Positions 50,022 through 60,728 of a stretch of DNA of 64,000 nucleotides are shown in pieces. The stretch covers positions 833,271-897,270 of the forward strand of contig OZ252021.1 in NCBI GenBank assembly GCA_965247685.1, written 5' to 3'. Every line of letters starts with the position of its first letter. Within the stretch, counting starts at the first letter, position 1. The notes beneath the pieces were generated by a model. It saw nothing but the letters and a program-made list of their open reading frames with translations, was not told the origin of the DNA and searched no databases. Origin of the DNA: Bdellovibrionales bacterium (GTDB lineage Bacteria > Bdellovibrionota > Bdellovibrionia > Bdellovibrionales > UBA1609). Both the position numbers and the translations under genes were made by a program.

Positions 50022-50716
50022 TTTGTGTTGCTAATTGGAAAATGAATCATAATCTGGAAACAGCTCAAGATTTTTTGATGCAATTTAAAGATCAGATTGA
50101 AAAAAAAGATCAAAATTCTTTTATTTTTTTAGCACCAGCTCTTTTGTTTTCTGTTGTTAGTCAAGAACTTCAAGGTACAGATATTCAATGGGGAGGGCAA
50201 AATTGTTTCTTAAAAAAATCTGGAGCTTTTACAGGAGAAAATTCACCAGCATTGATGCACGAAATGGGGGCAACTCACTGTCTTGTTGGGCATAGTGAGA
50301 GACGTTTATTGTTTGGTGAAAATCAAGATATGATTGTAAAAAAAGTAGAATCTATTATTGAAAATAAAATGACTCCTATTCTTTGTGTGGGTGAGCAAAG
50401 GCAAAGTGATCAATGGAAAGAAGTTATAAAATCTCAATTGAATGGTCTGCTTTCAATTCCGTCACTCATGATCGCTTACGAGCCTATATGGGCTGTTGGA
50501 TCTAAAAATTCTGCTTGTGTGGAGCAAGTTCAAGAAGTCATAAATTATATTCTTCAAATGGTGTCTTCTCCAGTTCCAATTTTATATGGGGGAAGTGTGA
50601 GTGTATCTACTGCAAAAGAATGGAAATCTGCTCAAAACCTAAGTGGATTCCTGATAGGGAGAGCTTCTTTGCAAGTGGATTCTCTGCTCTCTATTTACAA
50701 ACAGATCTATTCTTGA
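50018..50716 (+). CDS. tpiA: Triosephosphate isomerase
   Basis: The start is moved to MICVANWKMN (ATG at 50018, an ATGA overlap with the ogt stop). VGHSERR, AYEPIWA.G and ILYGGSV motifs. Confidence 0.92.
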   Translation: MICVANWKMNHNLETAQDFLMQFKDQIEKKDQNSFIFLAPALLFSVVSQELQGTDIQWGGQNCFLKKSGAFTGENSPALMHEMGATHCLVGHSERRLLFGENQDMIVKKVESIIENKMTPILCVGEQRQSDQWKEVIKSQLNGLLSIPSLMIAYEPIWAVGSKNSACVEQVQEVINYILQMVSSPVPILYGGSVSVSTAKEWKSAQNLSGFLIGRASLQVDSLLSIYKQIYS

Positions 50717-51870
50717 GAAAACGGTTTATATTTATAAAAAGTTAGGACTCCTTCTTCTAATTTGGTATTTTTAACGTCACTGTTTCTTTCGATTGAAGAT
50801 TTATACATTTCCATAAATAGTAAAGTGCTACTTTTTGTTTCTGCATCCATATGAACAGGTTCAACAATGTTGTAGTGTTCCCACAACAAGTAAGGAGTAT
50901 AATTTGAATCGACAATACAATGAGTAAGAATACTAGTGTTGAGTTTATTGTATATCTTAACCCATAACGATAAAAGCTGTAGGTTGTGCATGATATTAGG
51001 GAACTGCTCAAGAGATTTCATTTTGTCATCTTGGTACATATGGTCCATTAGTGTTTGAAGAAATGGAACTTTCATTTGAGACCAGTGATTCAAGTAAGAT
51101 ATTTCTGTATTATCAGATTTGATTTCTTGTAGTGTATATAGAAAGTATAAAAAATTCATCAACTCAGGTTCTTGTTGACTTAAATAAGTGTCCACTCGTT
51201 TTTGCAATATATCAAAAAAAGGTAAAAGGATATGTTGAGAATCATCTGTGGATTGGCACAGAGCTTGGCTTCTTTCTGTTAAAAAAGTATATACTGTACC
51301 CTTGAGATTGACCCCATTGAATTCGAAATTACTGTTCTGAACAGGAAATGATGAATGCTTTTGGTAAGGCGGGACTAGATTATGTACGAAAAACGGCTGA
51401 GTTCCCGTTGTCTGAATGAGTAGATCTTTCATAAGTGTTTGTTCTGTGATTTTTTCTAATTGATTCAAAGATGGTTGAGAAATATTTTCAGAAATAAATT
51501 GTGTCAATGACAAGAAAGCCTTCCATACATTTAAATTATTGATTTTTAAATTACCTTTGTGGTTGAGGGTGAGGTTTTTCAGGACAGTTGAATATAAAAT
51601 ATATTGATCGGCAATAGGACTTTCACATTGAGAAGAGTATTTTATAAATTGTCGAATATACTCCATCGGCTGAACAGGTTGTTTAATGTTATTCACAAAT
51701 TTTTCTAATTCTAAACAGTAACTGATGTTTTGAGTGCTTTTTGTAGACTTTGTTGAATGAGAGGGAAGAGTTTCTACAACATCTGTATTCATTTTTTCTT
51801 CAGCTTGCAACAAGGGAGAGACCCATAAACATATTGCTAATAGAACAAGTTTACATCGATTGCTTTTCAT
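50707..51870 (-). CDS. Secreted hypothetical protein
   Basis: 387 aa with a signal peptide. Its start overlaps the 3' end of the KamA-like gene by 20 nt. Confidence 0.55.
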   Translation of the reverse strand: MKSNRCKLVLLAICLWVSPLLQAEEKMNTDVVETLPSHSTKSTKSTQNISYCLELEKFVNNIKQPVQPMEYIRQFIKYSSQCESPIADQYILYSTVLKNLTLNHKGNLKINNLNVWKAFLSLTQFISENISQPSLNQLEKITEQTLMKDLLIQTTGTQPFFVHNLVPPYQKHSSFPVQNSNFEFNGVNLKGTVYTFLTERSQALCQSTDDSQHILLPFFDILQKRVDTYLSQQEPELMNFLYFLYTLQEIKSDNTEISYLNHWSQMKVPFLQTLMDHMYQDDKMKSLEQFPNIMHNLQLLSLWVKIYNKLNTSILTHCIVDSNYTPYLLWEHYNIVEPVHMDAETKSSTLLFMEMYKSSIERNSDVKNTKLEEGVLTFYKYKPFSQE

Positions 51871-53056
51871 GACGGTTTGAACCTCCGTACGGCTGATTTT
51901 TAATTAGATTCCATTCTTTCAAGTAGGGCATCATTGATTTTTCATCAGGTAACAGAGAAACTTCTGGGTTGCAATAAGTCGACTCTATTCCGTCAAATCC
52001 TTTGTGCGTGGATCCGCTTTTTGTTTTTTTAATCAAATGATCTGGAGTGAGCTCCACTTTTCCTCCCCCATCAGGCAAGTCCATACTGAGACGGGGAAGA
52101 GCTAATCCAGATAAAATTCCCCACAACTCTTTTTGAATCCATTTAGAGTTTTCTATTGTTGTACGAAAGTGATTCGTACCTAAAGATGGATCGCATTGGA
52201 ACATATAGTAAGGGTGAGTGCGCAAAGAAAGAAGCCTTCGATTTAATGCTTGAACAAGGGCAGGGTGATTATTAATTCCATTAAGTAGAACCATTTGATT
52301 GTAGACGGAAATGCCGTTATTGGAAAACCTTAGAAGATGATCGGCGCATTCATAAGTGAGTTCATCGGGATGATTGAAATGTGTCATGATGAATACAGGC
52401 TGGTGTTGTTTGAGAATCTCCATCAGTTCCACATCGAGTCGAAAGGGGCAGACCACTGGCATGCGGCTACCTATACGAATGATTTCAATATGTGGAATAC
52501 TTCTAATATCTTTCAAAATACGATGAATTTTATTATTAGAAAGAGTCAAAGGATCTCCTCCAGATAAAATCACTTCTCGAATTCCTTTGTTATTTTTGAT
52601 GTATTCCATTGCATTTTGATATTCATTTTTAGGAACTACATGGTGACCTTGAGCAGTAAAATATTTTCTTGTGCAGTACCTGCAGTAAATTCCACAAAAA
52701 TCAGTAATCAAAAATAGAACTCGATCGGGATAGCGGTGAATGATTCTAGAGGTTGGACTATGTGCATTTTCTCCTAAGGGATCTTTTTGATGAAAACCTT
52801 TAGAATCTAATTCTTTTAAATGAGGTAAGGCTATTTTTTGCAGAACGGAATTTTGTTGTATGACCTTTGCGTAATAGGGGGTAGATTGGACAGCGAACTT
52901 TTCTTGAATTAAAGAAAAAGAATTTTCTTCAAGATGGAAAAGAGATTTAAAATCTTTCTCTGATTTTAAAGAGTTTTGCATTTGCCAAGTCCAGTTTTCC
53001 CATTGATCTTGAGAAACTTTTAAAGGAGGTGTTATTTTTTTATAATCAAAAATCAC
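51851..53056 (-). CDS. KamA-family radical-SAM lysine 2,3-aminomutase-like enzyme
   Basis: 401 aa. CGIYCRYCTRK (CxxxCxxC) and SGGDPL motifs. Conserved HRYPDRVL and THFNHP blocks. Confidence 0.85.
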   Translation of the reverse strand: MIFDYKKITPPLKVSQDQWENWTWQMQNSLKSEKDFKSLFHLEENSFSLIQEKFAVQSTPYYAKVIQQNSVLQKIALPHLKELDSKGFHQKDPLGENAHSPTSRIIHRYPDRVLFLITDFCGIYCRYCTRKYFTAQGHHVVPKNEYQNAMEYIKNNKGIREVILSGGDPLTLSNNKIHRILKDIRSIPHIEIIRIGSRMPVVCPFRLDVELMEILKQHQPVFIMTHFNHPDELTYECADHLLRFSNNGISVYNQMVLLNGINNHPALVQALNRRLLSLRTHPYYMFQCDPSLGTNHFRTTIENSKWIQKELWGILSGLALPRLSMDLPDGGGKVELTPDHLIKKTKSGSTHKGFDGIESTYCNPEVSLLPDEKSMMPYLKEWNLIKNQPYGGSNRHEKQSM

Positions 53057-54333
53057 GGCTTGTTTCTCTGCGAAGGAGGATTCTTTTTGAAAGGAAGGGC
53101 AGTTCTAATGAAATTTCCGTTATATCTTCGATTCAAATCATGATGAGTTAATTCTGAAAGCTGAATGGCAGATGTTTCGAAAACAGTATGTGGTTGCCGA
53201 TACATATTGTGTAAAAATAGTAAGGGAGTGGTAAAGAGTTCATATTTGAAGGAAAGAGATCGAAGCTTATTGGTTTGTGAATCATCGTTTGCATAATTTT
53301 CTTCCTTTTGGGATAGGTAAGGCTGATAATTCTGTACAGTGAGCTGTTCTTCAAAAGTATAAGGGTAACAAGAGCTCACTTCGTAGAGAAAACTTCGTAA
53401 AAAGGTCACATACTTAATGCTGCGTACAAGTAGACTTAGATCTTGTTGAAATTGCGGATCGATTAGTTGAAATAGAGAATCTGGAATCTCTATGATTTGG
53501 TAGTAGTTGAGGTTATTAATATCTAAGTGCTGATAAAAACTGTAATGGTCTTTCATAGAGCGAACAAGGTTGAGAGTAGTGATGTAAAAAATTCTTATAT
53601 AGTTGTTTTGCTGAAGCCATTGAGTCAGCGATTGTTGTTGTGTATTTACTTCTTCCCCTATCTCTTTATATTTCTCATAAAGGCTAGAGTTGCAAAATAC
53701 GTACTGGGCTGGAGTCAGTTGAATATTTGTTCCAGCCGTTAACTGGGATAGCAGGTTGAGGTTAGAGGACTCTTCCTTATCAGAATCTTTAGGATTGGTA
53801 AATCTCAGTACTCGATTAATGTCTTTGTATGGAGAGTTAAAATAATCATCTATTTGAATACTACTTCGGAATTGGGCAGTTTGAATATTTTCTTCAGTAT
53901 GTTGAGGTTGAAGACCTATATTTTGTATTTTTTGCGTACTGTTTATGGGGATTTTTAACATTGTTTTAAAACCATGTTGTATTGCATACTCTACTAGAGA
54001 TTGAGGAGGGTTGAGGGATTGTATGTTCCTTGCAACTCCTTTTTCAAGCAAGGTTTTGATGCGAAAAAGACTTTCAGTGGCAGTCATCTGAAATGTACTT
54101 GGAAGAGGTATGTCTTTGTGGTGATTGCTCAATTTCTCCATGGTAGAGAGTTTAAGTAATTCTAAACATGAGAAATCTATAGGAGTATTTAATGTAGATA
54201 TTTTTCTAATTTTTCCTACTAAAGTGGACTCACCTTGAGTTGCGTTGTCACATAATGTAGTCGTCTCTTGCCCCCACAAACGAATTGGCAAATGAAGAAC
54301 GACAAGGGCGATAAAAAAATAACATTTTTTCAT
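53053..54333 (-). CDS. Secreted hypothetical protein
   Basis: 426 aa with a signal peptide. 4-nt overlap with the KamA-like gene. Confidence 0.55.
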   Translation of the reverse strand: MKKCYFFIALVVLHLPIRLWGQETTTLCDNATQGESTLVGKIRKISTLNTPIDFSCLELLKLSTMEKLSNHHKDIPLPSTFQMTATESLFRIKTLLEKGVARNIQSLNPPQSLVEYAIQHGFKTMLKIPINSTQKIQNIGLQPQHTEENIQTAQFRSSIQIDDYFNSPYKDINRVLRFTNPKDSDKEESSNLNLLSQLTAGTNIQLTPAQYVFCNSSLYEKYKEIGEEVNTQQQSLTQWLQQNNYIRIFYITTLNLVRSMKDHYSFYQHLDINNLNYYQIIEIPDSLFQLIDPQFQQDLSLLVRSIKYVTFLRSFLYEVSSCYPYTFEEQLTVQNYQPYLSQKEENYANDDSQTNKLRSLSFKYELFTTPLLFLHNMYRQPHTVFETSAIQLSELTHHDLNRRYNGNFIRTALPFKKNPPSQRNKP

Positions 54334-54490
54334 AGGAGTAATTTTATATATAAAAATTCCATGTATGTAAACGACGTATTGTAAAATAATCTAGAATGCG
54401 AACAAGTATAACTAACAGGCTATATCTTTTTTTTACACATCGAGTTAACATGCTTTTCATATGAATTTAATCAATGGTAGAAGCTAGAGC

Positions 54491-55264
54491 ATGTATTGTT
54501 TAAGATTTTTTTTTATATTTTTAATTTTTTGTTCTACAGTTTCTCATGCCATGAGTTGGAAGGGGGAATGGCAAACTCGTTTTTATAGACCTATTCATTA
54601 TTCTCAAAACGATTGGGATGATTTTACGGTTTATCATAGTTTACTTTTTGGGGTTCTTGCAGAAACATTTGAAGATACCCAAAACACATTACAATGGACT
54701 GTCAATATGAGCTACAATCATCCCTTAAAGAAAGTTCCGAAGGTGTACGGTTGGGGGCCTTTGCAATTTGGAGTTTCATATAAAATTTATCCTTCTTATC
54801 AATTATTTGTTCATCTCGCCACCTCATATTTAAAAGATTTTTATACGAGTCCTCTCTTATTTGGTTTTGAGTGGGGAGGTCGAAAGACTTTTGCTTTTAA
54901 GACTTTTTCTTTGGAATGGGATCATTTCATATCTTTTAACGCCCCCCGTTACCTTTTAAGAAGTTTTTTAGGGAGTTACTTTCATAATAATCTTTTATCT
55001 TTGGGTTCTTCTATTGACTGCTATACTTCGATCTACAAGGGGTGGCAACTTTACTCTCGATGGGGTTTTTATACATTCTATACTTATTCAAAAAATCTTT
55101 ACTATACATGGGATTCAGAATGGATTTTATCGTATTCTATGCATCGATGGAGTGTCTTCTTCTCATTTATTAAGAACTTTAACAGCAGAGAGTTTTTAAA
55201 TATGCAAAACTTTACTGCTTATGACAAAGCATTACATACAGGTATAAAAATTAATTTTCTATAA
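54491..55264 (+). CDS. Putative outer-membrane beta-barrel protein
   Basis: 257 aa with a signal peptide. Aromatic-rich alternating pattern with a C-terminal ..GIKINFL. Confidence 0.45.
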   Translation: MYCLRFFFIFLIFCSTVSHAMSWKGEWQTRFYRPIHYSQNDWDDFTVYHSLLFGVLAETFEDTQNTLQWTVNMSYNHPLKKVPKVYGWGPLQFGVSYKIYPSYQLFVHLATSYLKDFYTSPLLFGFEWGGRKTFAFKTFSLEWDHFISFNAPRYLLRSFLGSYFHNNLLSLGSSIDCYTSIYKGWQLYSRWGFYTFYTYSKNLYYTWDSEWILSYSMHRWSVFFSFIKNFNSREFLNMQNFTAYDKALHTGIKINFL

Positions 55265-55270
55265 ATTGAT

Positions 55271-58200
55271 ATGAATAGACTTGTGTTTTTGATCAAAATC
55301 TTGTTTATAGAGTCAGAAATGATGCAGATATTATATAAAACTTTTTATTTTATCTTTTTGTGTGCCACGGGGTTGTCTTGTACATTAGAGCTCCCTCTTC
55401 AATTTTCTCCTAATAGTGATAAGCAAGATCAAGTTTTTTCCATTGAAGATATCCATCAGTTGGAATGTGGTATTCGAACTTTATCTGCTTTTGAAGAGAA
55501 CAGCTTGGAGATTTCAGCCCAGCATTTAGTGATTGAGGCTAATCAACCGCCTTCGGTAGTTTTTCCTTCAGAGTCTTCTCTCGCGCCGCCTATTATTAAC
55601 AATTTACCGTTTGTTCAGTATCAAGTGGAGGGTTCGTCCGTCTGCGAATTATTACTTGCTCAAAAAACAATTCGTCTGATAGCTCAGCCGAATGAATATT
55701 ATAAAGTTCATTTTCAAATTGTGGGTTCTTATTTAAGAGTGTTTATATCTGGAGATCTTCATCGTCTTCCTTATCAATGGCTTTCTCAAAGAGTAGTGAT
55801 GAAAAATGGTCAGTATGCACTACCTATTGGAGTTTATTCTATTCTTCAAGGTCGTGTACAACCAATGAAAAATGTAGAAAATGAAGAAATCCACATTTTA
55901 GATTTTTTCCCCAACGAAGAACCTTTGGTTCGATTTGAAGATTCAAAAGGGCTGGTGCATTGGGTGCGTTCGGAGTCTCAAGATATTTTTATTGTCGATT
56001 TGAATAAAGGGCTGACTTCTTATCAATACCAAGAGAAGAAAAATATTTTACCTAAAAATTATTTTGATGGCGAGTGGTACTCTCAGGTGAGTTTACATTT
56101 AACAGAACCATTAAAGTCGCAAGGGGGATGGGGCTCTGGTGTAAGTGTCTCTGGTAACAACTATTCTGGAAAAATGTTGGGGCAAAAAATATACTTTAAA
56201 TTTGAATTCCAAAATTTAAAGGCCCTAAATTATAACTATGCCCATCAAACTCAATCTTTGAACTTAGGTGCAGAGGCTGAAGCTTTATCCATTCCTATTG
56301 AGCATTTGGACTATCGCAATGTTATAAATAAAAACGAGGATGTGTCTCAAGAAAAGCTGGACAAGTATACTTCATGGCAAGACAAGAAATATATTTCTGC
56401 TCATTTTGATAAAGTATCTGACTTTTTTAGAGATTGGGTGAAAAGAGTAGGGGTTCGATATGGCTATGACTTGTCTGATACGACGACTTTGAAAGAAATT
56501 CGTTTTGCTTCAAACTATTTTGACTTTGTAGTTTATGATGGGACTTTTGAATATCGCTTTTCTTTCTTCAAAAAAGAAAAAGATTCTCACTATAAACCTA
56601 AAACTATAGCTGCCACAGATTTAAGGTTTGAGTTTTTTAATGTTCCTTATAATCAAGTTTTTTCTTCACCTTTAGACTCTTTTAATCGAGAGTATGAGGA
56701 AAAAATTAATCTTCTAAGACCTCAGCCTGACAAAGATGGTAATATTCATATTCACTTTTCTCGTTTGACTCCAAAGAACGATAAAACTCGAAGTATTGGT
56801 CGTGAAGCAGTTTTCGTTTGGAATCAAGCTTTAGAAAAGGCAAGTCTTCCCTTAAAACTTGTATTGCATGAAGATAAGGATGTGAACCTTGGAGACAGTC
56901 GATATCATGTACTCCATATACCTGAGGAGCTGAAAAAAGCTTATGGAGGAATTGCTCAAACACTGGTGGATGACGAAACGGGTGAGGTGATTTCTTCAAC
57001 TTCCACAGTTCTTTTAGATGATTATAAATTTTTTCTAGAGAAAAAAATTATTGATTATGTATACACCAAGTATAGTTTGATTAATTCTATAACGAGTCCC
57101 TTTGTTGATTATCCAAAAATAAAGAATAATCGTTTTGCACATAGTTTTTCTCAAGAAAAGCTTCCTTTTTCCGTAGATACTTTAGAATATGTGTGGGTTC
57201 AACATACCATGAACCAGCATCAAAGTGTGATTTTCCCTCGTTCTGTAAAGAATTCTTGGTACGATAGTATTCTTCAATATTTCGAATTTAAAAAAGATGT
57301 GCGAAAGAATTGGCTGCAAACACTTTCTAATCCTACCATCTCAGACATTAGTCACTTACCTCCGGAACTGAAAGCGTGGTGGAATGATTTTAAACTGCAG
57401 TACGCTTTAATACATCAAAAGTTTGTGGAAGAGGAAAACTGGAATACTATTCTAGAAAATGTTCGGCAATGGGGAGCAACGAGTGAATATCGTTCAATAG
57501 CTTCTAGTAATTTACATCAAACCTTGTCTAAAGTGTGTCACTTCCTTCCTCATCCTCTCCAACAAGAAAAAGATGTTTTTAAAACAGCAGTTCGACAATG
57601 TGTCGAAGCTATTCTTCCTATATATGGTTTAGGAATAGCTGTTCATGAAATAGGGCATTCCATTTTTTCTCTTCGTCATAATTTTGCAGGAAGTACAGAT
57701 GCTCATAATATTAAAAACTCCCCCTCTTATCAATTGAAGCATCTTAAGTCTTATCTTTCTTACACTGATTCAAAAGGTCAAAAAACTTCTCTTGAAGATC
57801 AATTTAATCCTGTATCCTCTTCTGTCATGGAATATATTGCTGTTGCAGATGGAGATCAGTGGGGACCAGGTTCTTATGATATTGCAGCGATTGAATATTT
57901 ATTCGCTGACTTTGGTGTTTCGTCCAAAGAGTCTGTTGAAAAAGATTCTGTTGAAAAATTTTCCAATCATTTTGAAAGATGCTCGGATTATGAAGTTAAT
58001 ACTTCTGCTTATTGTCTCACTCACGACAAAGGTGTGACTCCTCTGGAAATTACAAGAAATGAAGTACGCAATTTATTAGAATACTTGAATCAAAACTTTT
58101 ATGATCTCGAATATTCGGTATCACCTCTTAAATATCATTTCACTTTATTCCGCCAGATTAAAAAGTTAGTGGTAATTTACAGTGACTGGAGGGCGAAGCT

Positions 58201-60691
58201 ACGTAATCTATCTGTTCAATTTTTGAATGAAAGTCCTGAGAAATTGGATCAACAAGAATGGAAAAAACTAATTAATGAAGTCATTCTCAGAGGAAAGTCT
58301 GATATCGGAACTCCACAAGAAAAAGAACTCTATAGTTTTTATCAAGCTCGGAATTTAATTTATCATACTTTGACCTACCTCTCATTTTTACCCAATAGAT
58401 ATTGTGTGTTAGAAAAAAGATGGTCTCGATTTAAAAATTTGGAGGATAAGAAATGGAAACCTTCAGTGAAGGTATTACTGGAGCTATCTAAAGTCATAGC
58501 TCATCAAAGAGTAGATGATAGTCAGCCACAATTAAAACCTTTGCTTTCTTGCTGGGCAAGTGAAAAAAAGGCTCAACCTCATCCTGTTGTCGAGCGATAC
58601 ATGAAAACTTATTACCCTCACTACAAGCTCCAAGAAGAGGTGGGGCATTTCTTATACCCAGACTCTTTCCCTAAAAATGCTCCATATCGACATCTCTTTA
58701 GACCTTCTTCTTACAAAGGGAGTGTCTTACTACGTCTTTTTGCTTTTGCTGCTTTATCTATGACACAGCCGATCTATCAGGCTTCTTCTCATAGACCTGC
58801 TTATTTCTCTATGATGAGTGAGCATGATATTTCTGAAGGGGTCGAGCGTTTATTGATCACCCGTCTGACTCGAGGAGTCTTTTTATATCAAACAGACTTT
58901 TTTAAATCGTTGCAAAATATATCTTTTGAGGATCTCACTCCTGAAAAATCTGCACAAGCACTGTTTAAGTTCCCTTCTATCCGTAAAGGTCAGGACTTAG
59001 TTTTAAGAGATGAGTTTATTCAGCCTAGTAAATTAATAGATAAAGCCTCTCGCCCTTATATGCGGGATGATCAAAATAGATTAAAATTTTATCAAAATTT
59101 TTCAGAAGAGTCTTCTTTACTCAATATATTTAATATGTTCTTTCACATATCATATTCTTTATCCAGTGGATTTACTCATGAAATGGTCAGTAACAAAAGT
59201 GTCGAGTGGACCAAAGATTTAGATTTATTTCCAGCTCTCACATCCTTTGTCTTAGCTTCTAAAGCCAGAAACCACATTCCTTACAATATTTATCCTCAAT
59301 TATCATCTTTATATTATTTTGAGTTGGATGATATTTTAGTTTTACCTTCTTTTTCTATATCTTCTGATAATTTTGGCAATCACTTGCTCAGTGAGCTTTC
59401 TAAAAATTCTGTAAGGCAGTTGTGGACGCCTCTTCATAATAAGATGTTGCAAGGATCATCTCATCCTGTTTTTCAAAATAGTGGTTTGGTCGAAGGCTTA
59501 TTCAGTTATCTTCAAAAATTAATCCAACAATATCAAGGAACTCGATTAGGTCGTTTTTATTTTATGTATGCTTATCTTTCTATTCTAGGACAATTAGAAG
59601 CATACGAATATATATTAAAAATGGAGAGTCCTATTGACTTGCATAAGCAGACTAATAAATGGACTAGTCATTTTGAAAATACAATCAATGAACTCTTTTA
59701 TTTTCGAAGATGTCAAATAGAAGATATCAATAGTTATTTGAACAAGTTGTCTCAGATTGCACCTTCGTTTAGGCAAGTTGATGCTGAAGATAAGAGTGCA
59801 GCTCGATCTGTTTGGGGGGGGTTCAAGAATTTTTTACAACAAAAAATACAAATCTCGTATAGCAAGTATTGTCCTTCTCCTCTAAAGGATAGAGGGAAAA
59901 TGGTGGATATGTTTTATAAACAAGGTCTGATTTTCAATACTCAAAGATCTCAAGAGTGGAATAGTACTTTGAGAGGAAATCAAAAAGGGCTGAATTATCC
60001 GTATCAAAAAATAACTACAGATTTCTTTTTTCAAGAGACTTTAAATTCTTTAGAGTCTCATCTTTCTTCTCAAGGAGGTGTGCCGGGTATTCACTTGTCT
60101 GTACAGATGCTTTTTCATGAGTTGTTTTCTACTTCTGATGATGTTCCGTTGATGCAATCTAGAGTATCTATGCTGAGGCAGCTTATGATAGATGTCGTTC
60201 CTAAAATGATGTTGATGTATTCAGAGGATAGAATCTTTATAGGAGAAATGATGATTCTTATGTCTGTGATGCACCAATTTTGTTTTTATGGAGATCCTAC
60301 AGGTAATTATTGTCGTCTTGCCACTGAAAAGATTGTAGGGAATTATTTTAAAGGTTCTAATTATGGAGAAGATGAAAAAATAAATAACATTTTCGGAAGA
60401 ATGTTTGATGGATATCTAAATGATAGCAACAAAATTCCTGTACAATTGTTTTTGAGTAAAAATGCTAAGAATTATTTTGACCGTTCGATTAACACTCTTC
60501 CTTTTGATTTAGAGGTGATCACGGACTACTTATTCTATGAAAGGGGATGGGATGCTTCCGATGTGAACAATCTAGAACTGAATGCTCAAAGACAGTTGTT
60601 GTTTTCTTTGCTCCCTTTAACTTCATTAAGAATGCTCAACTCTTCCTTGGTCTTCAAGTTAGCAAATTGGAATCCTATTTTGAATTTTTAA
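55271..60691 (+). CDS. Giant (about 1800 aa) lipoprotein with Met-zincin-type metalloprotease domain
   Basis: The likely start is the MMQILYK.. Met (about 55319) with lipobox GLSC. AVHEIGHSIFSLRHNF resembles the HExGHxLGLRHNF motif of DUF4953/DUF5117-type zinc proteases. Confidence 0.7.
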   Translation: MNRLVFLIKILFIESEMMQILYKTFYFIFLCATGLSCTLELPLQFSPNSDKQDQVFSIEDIHQLECGIRTLSAFEENSLEISAQHLVIEANQPPSVVFPSESSLAPPIINNLPFVQYQVEGSSVCELLLAQKTIRLIAQPNEYYKVHFQIVGSYLRVFISGDLHRLPYQWLSQRVVMKNGQYALPIGVYSILQGRVQPMKNVENEEIHILDFFPNEEPLVRFEDSKGLVHWVRSESQDIFIVDLNKGLTSYQYQEKKNILPKNYFDGEWYSQVSLHLTEPLKSQGGWGSGVSVSGNNYSGKMLGQKIYFKFEFQNLKALNYNYAHQTQSLNLGAEAEALSIPIEHLDYRNVINKNEDVSQEKLDKYTSWQDKKYISAHFDKVSDFFRDWVKRVGVRYGYDLSDTTTLKEIRFASNYFDFVVYDGTFEYRFSFFKKEKDSHYKPKTIAATDLRFEFFNVPYNQVFSSPLDSFNREYEEKINLLRPQPDKDGNIHIHFSRLTPKNDKTRSIGREAVFVWNQALEKASLPLKLVLHEDKDVNLGDSRYHVLHIPEELKKAYGGIAQTLVDDETGEVISSTSTVLLDDYKFFLEKKIIDYVYTKYSLINSITSPFVDYPKIKNNRFAHSFSQEKLPFSVDTLEYVWVQHTMNQHQSVIFPRSVKNSWYDSILQYFEFKKDVRKNWLQTLSNPTISDISHLPPELKAWWNDFKLQYALIHQKFVEEENWNTILENVRQWGATSEYRSIASSNLHQTLSKVCHFLPHPLQQEKDVFKTAVRQCVEAILPIYGLGIAVHEIGHSIFSLRHNFAGSTDAHNIKNSPSYQLKHLKSYLSYTDSKGQKTSLEDQFNPVSSSVMEYIAVADGDQWGPGSYDIAAIEYLFADFGVSSKESVEKDSVEKFSNHFERCSDYEVNTSAYCLTHDKGVTPLEITRNEVRNLLEYLNQNFYDLEYSVSPLKYHFTLFRQIKKLVVIYSDWRAKLRNLSVQFLNESPEKLDQQEWKKLINEVILRGKSDIGTPQEKELYSFYQARNLIYHTLTYLSFLPNRYCVLEKRWSRFKNLEDKKWKPSVKVLLELSKVIAHQRVDDSQPQLKPLLSCWASEKKAQPHPVVERYMKTYYPHYKLQEEVGHFLYPDSFPKNAPYRHLFRPSSYKGSVLLRLFAFAALSMTQPIYQASSHRPAYFSMMSEHDISEGVERLLITRLTRGVFLYQTDFFKSLQNISFEDLTPEKSAQALFKFPSIRKGQDLVLRDEFIQPSKLIDKASRPYMRDDQNRLKFYQNFSEESSLLNIFNMFFHISYSLSSGFTHEMVSNKSVEWTKDLDLFPALTSFVLASKARNHIPYNIYPQLSSLYYFELDDILVLPSFSISSDNFGNHLLSELSKNSVRQLWTPLHNKMLQGSSHPVFQNSGLVEGLFSYLQKLIQQYQGTRLGRFYFMYAYLSILGQLEAYEYILKMESPIDLHKQTNKWTSHFENTINELFYFRRCQIEDINSYLNKLSQIAPSFRQVDAEDKSAARSVWGGFKNFLQQKIQISYSKYCPSPLKDRGKMVDMFYKQGLIFNTQRSQEWNSTLRGNQKGLNYPYQKITTDFFFQETLNSLESHLSSQGGVPGIHLSVQMLFHELFSTSDDVPLMQSRVSMLRQLMIDVVPKMMLMYSEDRIFIGEMMILMSVMHQFCFYGDPTGNYCRLATEKIVGNYFKGSNYGEDEKINNIFGRMFDGYLNDSNKIPVQLFLSKNAKNYFDRSINTLPFDLEVITDYLFYERGWDASDVNNLELNAQRQLLFSLLPLTSLRMLNSSLVFKLANWNPILNF

Positions 60692-60728
60692 TCTTCATTT
60701 TGATATTAGAATTACATGATAAATAAAT

